Source of the DNA: Acaryochloris thomasi RCC1774
GTDB lineage: Bacteria; Cyanobacteriota; Cyanobacteriia; Thermosynechococcales; Thermosynechococcaceae
DNA length: 32,000 bases
Direction: 5' to 3'
NCBI RefSeq assembly: GCF_003231495.1
Contig: NZ_PQWO01000002.1
Coordinates: 480,001-512,000, forward strand
The notes under the pieces are model-generated. The model was given only the letters and a program-made list of their open reading frames with translations. It did not search any database and was not told the DNA's origin. The first letter of the stretch is position 1; every line of letters starts with the position of its first letter. The position numbers and the translations under genes are program-made. Shown piece by piece: positions 26,633-32,000 of the stretch.

Positions 26633-26755
26633 ATGAATGATGCTGTCTTATATTCAACAAACTTTGTACACTGGTCACAAGGCTACACCTATGGTGGCAA
26701 GTGCTCAGCTACCATAGCAAAAGTCTTCTTCTCTCACTCCTGGACGCATTCATGA
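26633..26755 (+). CDS. Possible 40-codon upstream ORF coupled to the downstream gene (speculative)
   Basis: The ATG at 26633 is preceded by AAGAGGGGGGTA, a strong SD-like run. The ORF reads MNDAVLYSTNFVHWSQGYTYGGKCSATIAKVFFSHSWTHS*. Its TGA (26753-26755) overlaps ATG 26752 of the next ORF as ATGA. It is below the ORF-track size cutoff. Confidence 0.2.
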   Translation: MNDAVLYSTNFVHWSQGYTYGGKCSATIAKVFFSHSWTHS

Positions 26756-27462
26756 CGGAACCCACCTCCGAAGTCTCTACTATTAAGGCCATCGAGAAAC
26801 TACTGGCCTACTACAACTTTCAAGATGAAGCGCAAACCAGAGAGCAGCTTTTAGATCGATGGCTGCGTTCTTACCCCATTGACTGGGTCCGTTCTGCGCT
26901 GATTGAAGCCCTTTATCAGGGAAGGTATAAGAGTGCGTCTGTAGAGTATTTGCTCCAGCTCTGGAAACGGCGAGGTCAGTCCCTCCACCGCTTTAGCCGC
27001 GAATTTGAGCGATTGGTCAGCCACAATTGCCCTCAAACATTTTTGAGCTTGCTGCAGGTTCCCACCTCTGTCCAAGAACCGCGAAATTCCCATAAATTCC
27101 TGTCGACCTTCATGGATGAAATTTTGGCCGTTTCTGAGGAGCCGCCATTAAGGGAGCAGACTTCTCCAATCCGTCCAGAACCGTTAGAGCAAGAAGATGC
27201 TCAGGAAGCCGCCATCAAGGGAGCAGATCCATTCCCTGCCGACGTTGCTCAGCCAGACGCGGATGAACGGCTGCTAGAACCAGCGGCTCGAACAAAGGAA
27301 GAAGCCCCTGAAGGTTGGCTAGCTCACGCCATCGACCGTTCGGATATCTGTCGAACCGTTGGCCGTATCAGTGCCGCCGCCGACCCTATTCACTGTTTTA
27401 CCCCTATTTCCAGGCCCTCTGAGCTGTATACAAAGCTAGCCGCAATTGCAAACGCAGAGTGA
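26701..27462 (+). CDS. Hypothetical protein with a conserved-looking N-terminal domain and an acidic/Pro-rich C-terminal half
   Basis: The track start is GTG 26701. An alternative start is ATG 26752 (MTEPTSEV...). The block WLRSYPIDWVRSALIEALYQGRYKSASVEYLLQLWKRRGQSLHRFSREFERLV looks like a folded helical domain. The remainder is low-complexity. Confidence 0.65.
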   Translation: MLSYHSKSLLLSLLDAFMTEPTSEVSTIKAIEKLLAYYNFQDEAQTREQLLDRWLRSYPIDWVRSALIEALYQGRYKSASVEYLLQLWKRRGQSLHRFSREFERLVSHNCPQTFLSLLQVPTSVQEPRNSHKFLSTFMDEILAVSEEPPLREQTSPIRPEPLEQEDAQEAAIKGADPFPADVAQPDADERLLEPAARTKEEAPEGWLAHAIDRSDICRTVGRISAAADPIHCFTPISRPSELYTKLAAIANAE

Positions 27463-27471
27463 CTCACTCGT

Positions 27472-28002
27472 CTAAATCATCACTCCAGCGTTAGAGGTCT
27501 CTGGCTTAACGCCTAGACGAACCTCAGAGCAAAAAGTACTCAACAGACAGCGTCCCTTGGCGTGAACCAAGGTTGTACGCAATCGCAAATTGTCGCTTGC
27601 GAACCAAATCCTCTCCTGACTATGACGTTCTGCTGTTGCTTGGGTCAGCGTGAGCGATCGATCTTGACCCAGAATATATGCAGACAGAAGCAGGGGATTA
27701 GACCGCAACAAGACTCCATGTTGAGTGCTCTGGACCGCCGGGACTACAATGGCGATCTGTTGTGGCTGAGGAGGCTGCCCCAGAGTCGTCTCTTTCCAGG
27801 TCACAGTAAGGCCCTCTTGCGCTAATGCCGAATCTATCTCAGCTTCACTGCAAATCTGAAGAATGCGAGGATCTAACGCTTCGAGTGGCTCAAGACTCTG
27901 CTCGCCCGTTTTCATCGATGAATTCTGAGTGACGAAGCTATAGCTCGTTCGCTGCACCAACCATCGGCCAAGGCTGAGCTGAAAAAAAGAGTGGATATCC
28001 AT
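27472..28002 (-). CDS. Phycobiliprotein bilin lyase, CpcS/CpeS (S/U-type) family
   Basis: MDIHSFFQLSLGRWLVQRTSYSF...ERIWFASDNLRLRTT...STFCSEVRLG parallels my memory of CpcS (M..MEFF..S.G.W.SQRT.H......ERFWFASPNLRLR...FCSEIRL). I trimmed the start to ATG 28002. Confidence 0.8.
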   Translation of the reverse strand: MDIHSFFQLSLGRWLVQRTSYSFVTQNSSMKTGEQSLEPLEALDPRILQICSEAEIDSALAQEGLTVTWKETTLGQPPQPQQIAIVVPAVQSTQHGVLLRSNPLLLSAYILGQDRSLTLTQATAERHSQERIWFASDNLRLRTTLVHAKGRCLLSTFCSEVRLGVKPETSNAGVMI

Positions 28003-28084
28003 GCAGTATCCTGAAGCGTTCTCAACCATTGTAAGGGGGCTATGACTCCCTTTTGGTCGCCGTTTGCGCTACGTATATGAGCTC

Positions 28085-28927
28085 CTATACTGCTCCGAGC
28101 GCTTTCGCATGATGTCGGATATGGTCGCCAATGACGGTTGCAATGAAGTAGTAGCTGTGGTCATAGCCTGGATGCATCCGTAGCGTTAGAGGCTGTCCGG
28201 TTTGTTGGCAGGCTTTTTTGAAAACCTCCGGCAGCAGTTGCCCTTGGGTGAGGAATTCATCCTCAGCGCCCTGGTCAATCAAAATGGGGCGTTCATCTGA
28301 GTGGGTCAGCACTAACTGGCTAGCGTCATAGTCGTGCCATGTTGTCTGGTCAGAACCTAAGTATTGAGTGAGCGCCTTCTTTCCCCACGGGCACTGCATG
28401 GGAGCTGCGATGGGAGCTAAGGCTGAGATGGACCGATAGCGATCGCGATTCCTCAAGCCGCACACAAGCGCCCCATGCCCCCCCATCGAGTGGCCACAGA
28501 TGCCAGCGGAGGACTGAATCGAGAAGGACTGAGCAATAAGAGCAGGCAGCTCATTAACCACATAGCTATACATCTGATAGTGTTTCTGCCAAGGGGCCTG
28601 GGTGGCATTGACGTAGAAACCAGCGCCGGTGCCTAAATCCCAGGCGTCAGACTCTCCTGGAGTGTTAGTCTCGCGCGGACTAGTATCAGGGACCACTAGC
28701 ATTAGTCCATATTCGGCGGCATAGCGCTGGGCACCGGCCTTAACCATAAAGTTCTCTTCCGTGCAGGTGAGGCCCGACAGAAAGTATAGAACCGGCACTG
28801 GGCCTCTGCGAGAAGGGCGATAGACGGAAAACCGCATGGTTGTCTGGCAGGTCTGCGAGGGATGCTCATAGTAGCCGACGGTGCCCCCGAAGCAGGCATA
28901 TTCCCGAGTGCAGATAGCGTCTGACAT
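28085..28927 (-). CDS. fghA: S-formylglutathione hydrolase (esterase D family)
   Basis: Supporting sequence is PVLYFLSGLTCTEENF, GHSMGGHGAL (nucleophile elbow), DQGAEDEF and HPGYDHSYYF. I chose the ATG at 28927 because it is preceded by GAGAGGATT. It gives 280 aa and an FGG position like E. coli FrmB/YeiG. The track start at 28975 is a TTG. Confidence 0.88.
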   Translation of the reverse strand: MSDAICTREYACFGGTVGYYEHPSQTCQTTMRFSVYRPSRRGPVPVLYFLSGLTCTEENFMVKAGAQRYAAEYGLMLVVPDTSPRETNTPGESDAWDLGTGAGFYVNATQAPWQKHYQMYSYVVNELPALIAQSFSIQSSAGICGHSMGGHGALVCGLRNRDRYRSISALAPIAAPMQCPWGKKALTQYLGSDQTTWHDYDASQLVLTHSDERPILIDQGAEDEFLTQGQLLPEVFKKACQQTGQPLTLRMHPGYDHSYYFIATVIGDHIRHHAKALGAV

Positions 28928-29138
28928 AATCCTCTCGATACTTTCCATGAATAAAGGGCCAGCCCCTGCAAGCAAGAACTGACCCTTTATTCAAATATTT
29001 AAGTCATTTATGTTTAGAGCTTTTATTTGGCTAGCTCCATTTCAATACTATAAGTATTACCGATCTTGTTTATAACTTGGGCTTCTATAATATTTTCTTT
29101 ATATTTCGGAAAGTAAAGAGAGTGCAATGTTTTGTAAA

Positions 29139-29654
29139 TTATTGTGTTGGCGTTTCGGTGGCTGAGCCTAGGCTGCGAAAGACTCTCAGTTCTAAGGTTC
29201 TTAGAAGACTGGCTTTGGCAACAGGATCTACGAGAATCGTAAACATGCCTAATCTGTTGCCGGCTACAACGTCTGTAAGGATGCGATCGCCCACCATTGC
29301 CACTTGCTCAAAGGGCAGAGCCATCTGAGTAACGACGGGACGGAGCTTGCGCCGAGAAGGTTTGGCTGCTCCAAAGGCGTAGGGCAGGTCTAAGCTGTCG
29401 GCGATGCGAGAGATGCGGCTGCGATTGATGTTGTTACTCACCAGGGAAACCTGAACCGCTTGGTTGATCTCTGTTAGCCAAGAGAGAAAGTCGGGGGAGA
29501 GGTCTCGCTCTTTCGTGGAGACAATGGTGTCATCGACATCTAGGACTAGACCTCGCAGGCCGAGGCGCTTGAGTCTCTCTGGCGTCAGTTCGAGAACACG
29601 CCCCCCAAGGACCAGGTCCGGCTGCAGTAATGACACAAATCCAGGTGAGTACAT
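29139..29654 (-). CDS. YqeG-family HAD-IIIA phosphatase
   Basis: The HAD motifs are LVLDVDDTIV (motif I), LVSNN (II), AAKP (III) and MVGDRILTDVVAGN (IV). Confidence 0.8.
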   Translation of the reverse strand: MYSPGFVSLLQPDLVLGGRVLELTPERLKRLGLRGLVLDVDDTIVSTKERDLSPDFLSWLTEINQAVQVSLVSNNINRSRISRIADSLDLPYAFGAAKPSRRKLRPVVTQMALPFEQVAMVGDRILTDVVAGNRLGMFTILVDPVAKASLLRTLELRVFRSLGSATETPTQ

Positions 29655-29691
29655 GGCTGAACCCGTTACGACATAAGTGGTCTACCCAAGA

Positions 29692-30804
29692 CTACTGGGC
29701 ATTTCTCTGCTTGCGAATAGATGCGATCGCACGTTCGTGCTCGGTGAGGGTTCGGCTAAAAACATGGGTTCCATCATAGCGGGCAACAAAGTAAAGATTA
29801 TCCGTTGTGGCTGGATTTAGAGTGGCCTTCAGGCTTGCGATCCCAGGGCTGGCAATCGGTGTGGGAGGGAGGCCCGGGTTAATGTAGGTGTTGTAGGGCG
29901 ATGGTCGTTTGACTTGGGCATAGGTGAGAGGTTGATCGGGGGTTTGGGTGATGCCTAGGCCATATTCAACGGTTGGATCGGCTCCCAATGTAATGCCCTG
30001 CCGCAGGCGATTCCAAAAAACGCCGGCAATTTCGGTTCGTTCTTCGTCTACCACTGACTCCTGCTCAACGATGCTGGCAAGGGTGACCCAATCTAACAAG
30101 CTGGGCCGATCCTCCGGCTGCTGTTCATAAACGGGCAGGGCAATCTGCTCGAAGCGCTGCAGCATGACGTTGATGGTAGCTTTCGGTGTGCGCTGATCTG
30201 TAGGGATTTGATAGGTGTCTGGGTAAAGGAACCCCTCTAAGAACGGAAGATCTTCTGGGAGCCAAGGATAACGTTCTCGATCAACCTGTTTTGCTGCCTC
30301 TAAAAACTCAGGGGCCGTAAACCATTCCTGGGTTTCAAAGTATTGAGCCATCTGCTTCATCGACCATCCTTCAGGGATCGTGAAGCTATCTTCTAGCACC
30401 TTGCCGGTCCAGATGGTTTGGGCAATCGTGTCTAGAGGATCCTGAGTCGAGAGCTGGTAGGTGCCCGCCTGAAAACCCGCCTGAGAATCCTGAAGCAGTG
30501 ACCATCGGGTCCATAGTTTCCAGGCGTTTTGCGATCGAATCAAGCCTGCCTTCTGCAGAAGCAGCCCGATTTGCTGTGCAGAGGTGCCCTGTGGAATTTG
30601 AACCTGAATCTTCTGGCTCTGGCGATTTTCAGAGGCGGTCTGCGCCGTCGGTGCAATGGCGGACTGCCACCACAGCCAAGTGGTTCCAGCGCCTGCCACC
30701 GCGGCTAGGCCAAGTCCTAAAAGGCCAATGCTGAGGCGGAATACGTAAGACGAAGGCTTGCGCTTTGAGTCGGACGGTTCCCTCTTTTTGCGGACATTAG
30801 GCAT
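29692..30804 (-). CDS. mltG: Endolytic murein transglycosylase MltG (YceG-like)
   Basis: The N-terminus has a TM anchor. Supporting sequence is FTIPEGWSMKQMAQYF, LASIVEQE, VFWNRLRQGITLGADPTVEYG and SPYNTYINPGLPPTPIASPG. Confidence 0.9.
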   Translation of the reverse strand: MPNVRKKREPSDSKRKPSSYVFRLSIGLLGLGLAAVAGAGTTWLWWQSAIAPTAQTASENRQSQKIQVQIPQGTSAQQIGLLLQKAGLIRSQNAWKLWTRWSLLQDSQAGFQAGTYQLSTQDPLDTIAQTIWTGKVLEDSFTIPEGWSMKQMAQYFETQEWFTAPEFLEAAKQVDRERYPWLPEDLPFLEGFLYPDTYQIPTDQRTPKATINVMLQRFEQIALPVYEQQPEDRPSLLDWVTLASIVEQESVVDEERTEIAGVFWNRLRQGITLGADPTVEYGLGITQTPDQPLTYAQVKRPSPYNTYINPGLPPTPIASPGIASLKATLNPATTDNLYFVARYDGTHVFSRTLTEHERAIASIRKQRNAQ

Positions 30805-30806
30805 CG

Positions 30807-31361
30807 TTAGTCAATGTCGTCGATCATCTGTTCTTCAAAAAGGGGCTGTAGCTGGGGTTGAATTGCCTTAAATTCTTCAGGAGAAAGAAGTTCTGGCTGA
30901 TTATCTTTCTGCAGGCGCACCACAAAGAGAACGGGTTCAATCGGGGTATAAATCGCGTACTCCTGTTCGTCGTGATAGAACGTTGCCAAGAGCTGATACT
31001 CATCTGGTTCATCCGTTTCGCTTGCGCCCTCAAGCTCAAGGACGAGAAGCTGCTCTTCATCAACCTCTGGCAGATCCCCCGCCGCCGTTAGCGATAGAGC
31101 CGATCGCTGCAGCTTGAGGTTCTGCTCTGCTAGAACGGCTTCAGCCGTTGCAAACACGTCCCCTAGCTCGGAGTCTTCTAAGGGCACCAGCATTTCTTCG
31201 TCCTGGTCTGTTTCCATCCAGGCAAAAATATCCACGGGATAATCAGCGGGACTCAAGAGTGCATAGGATGCGTCCCCAAGCTTCACTGACATTTCCATTT
31301 GGCAGACCAGTGAACGCCCTGCTTCATCCGTCAGGGTAATGGTGTCACTTTCCATTTCCAT
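30807..31361 (-). CDS. Acidic DUF1292/DUF3727-like protein
   Basis: There are two repeats of the pattern ITLTDEAGRSLVCQ...YALLSP...DIFAW...D.E.L.P.ED.E. The protein is very acidic. Its start overlaps the ruvX stop by 17 nt, with AAGGAG just upstream of the ATG. It lies 2 nt upstream of mltG. Confidence 0.72.
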   Translation of the reverse strand: MEMESDTITLTDEAGRSLVCQMEMSVKLGDASYALLSPADYPVDIFAWMETDQDEEMLVPLEDSELGDVFATAEAVLAEQNLKLQRSALSLTAAGDLPEVDEEQLLVLELEGASETDEPDEYQLLATFYHDEQEYAIYTPIEPVLFVVRLQKDNQPELLSPEEFKAIQPQLQPLFEEQMIDDID

Positions 31362-31842
31362 GCTCCTTGGCCTTCAATGTGCCGATGCTAGCCTGTTCAG
31401 GAGCAATCTTCTCATGAGATGGGGGCTGCTGTCGTTTTTGATCGAGCCACTGCTGCAAAATTAAGGCTGCAGCTTTACGGTCCACCATCCCTTTATTCTC
31501 TGAAGGACTAATGTGCTCGGCCTGCATCATGAGCTCAGCTTCATAGGAGGTAAGGCGTTCATCCATGTACTCCAGTGGCAGCTGCAGCGCGGCGGCAAAC
31601 CGGCGGGCCAATTTCTGCGTTCGGCGGGCCTGTTTCCCAACTTGACCGTCCATGTTGTAGGGCAGTCCAGCGACTAGAATCTCCACCTGACGTTCCTGCA
31701 CCCAGTGCTGGAGTTGGGCTGTGTCCTGAACAAAGGTGGTGCGGTGAATGGTGGTGAGGCCGGTGGCAATGAGGCCGGTGCGATCGCAACCTGCCACTCC
31801 GATCCGCCGATGCCCAAGATCTAGTCCCAGTGCCGAAATCAC
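31345..31842 (-). CDS. ruvX: RuvX/YqgF Holliday-junction-resolvase-like nuclease (pre-16S rRNA nuclease)
   Basis: Supporting sequence is (M)ISALGLDLGHRRIGVAGCD...EILVAGLPYNMDG...DERLTS. The GTG start overlaps the upstream stop as GTGA. Confidence 0.9.
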   Translation of the reverse strand: MISALGLDLGHRRIGVAGCDRTGLIATGLTTIHRTTFVQDTAQLQHWVQERQVEILVAGLPYNMDGQVGKQARRTQKLARRFAAALQLPLEYMDERLTSYEAELMMQAEHISPSENKGMVDRKAAALILQQWLDQKRQQPPSHEKIAPEQASIGTLKAKEHGNGK

Positions 31843-32000
31843 ACTCGCATCTCTCCCTGCATTACAGTAACGGCCTGTCCCCCTAACTTGAGACTCTCTT
31901 TATCGAACTGAATTTTGATGCGTCCTGGGCGCTGTAGGCAGTCTCCCTGTTCCATGATCATAGATGCGTCCTGCGTGCCTGTCTGAGAGAGAAGCAGCGC
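31839..32000 (-). CDS. C-terminal 53 codons of an unidentified protein (gene continues past the right edge)
   Basis: This CDS is not in the ORF track. The minus-strand frame is open from 32000 and reads ALLLSQTGTQDASMIMEQGDCLQRPGRIKIQFDKESLKLGGQAVTVMQGEMRV*. Its TGA (31841-31839) overlaps the ruvX GTG start, a typical operon junction. I do not recognise the family. Confidence 0.45.
   Translation of the reverse strand, partial: ALLLSQTGTQDASMIMEQGDCLQRPGRIKIQFDKESLKLGGQAVTVMQGEMRV

Noticed and set aside
26637-26760. Apparent duplication of an MLSY N-terminus (ATGCTGTCTTAT at 26640 versus GTGCTCAGCTAC at 26701)
   Set aside because: Nucleotide identity over 27 nt is only about 50%, and the Ser codons belong to different families. 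This is most likely coincidence, not a duplication.

Overview
The window looks like a chromosomal segment of a cyanobacterium. I located 18 exact HIP1 octamers (GCGATCGC) by eye. It also encodes a CpcS/CpeS-type bilin lyase, a cytochrome c6-like protein, a pentapeptide-repeat protein and glcE/glcF. I support about 36 protein-coding genes. I saw no rRNA, tRNA, CRISPR array, transposase or integrase.

Most genes are housekeeping or conserved: leuD, pdxJ, purA, glcE-glcF, S-formylglutathione hydrolase and a ruvX / DUF1292-like / mltG / yqeG operon. The rest include an MFS transporter, a GH13 alpha-amylase, two GNAT acetyltransferases, a SAM methyltransferase, a Ser/Thr kinase, YraN, and DUF58, DUF4349 and DUF4912 proteins.

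Two real-looking CDSs run off the window edges and are missing from the supplied ORF track: a Rieske [2Fe-2S] oxygenase at 1..595(-), and an unknown C-terminus at 31839..32000(-).

I did not find a convincing multi-gene novel system. The most accessory-looking parts are:
- An AT-richer, HIP1-free islet at about 16.5-18.0 kb. It holds a complete MNT/HepT (type VII) toxin-antitoxin pair, a PIN/VapC C-terminal remnant and an uncharacterised 179-aa protein.
- A 5.3-kb HIP1-free stretch (6451..11796). It holds the amylase, an unknown secreted protein and a VOC gene, separated by three unusually long non-coding spacers with short repeat arrays.
- A perfect 19-bp-arm palindrome with a GGGGATCA triplet in a divergent promoter region (23620..23672).
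- A membrane-anchored, transporter-less substrate-binding-like protein upstream of the c6-like cytochrome.

All family assignments come from motif recognition by eye. No database search was possible.
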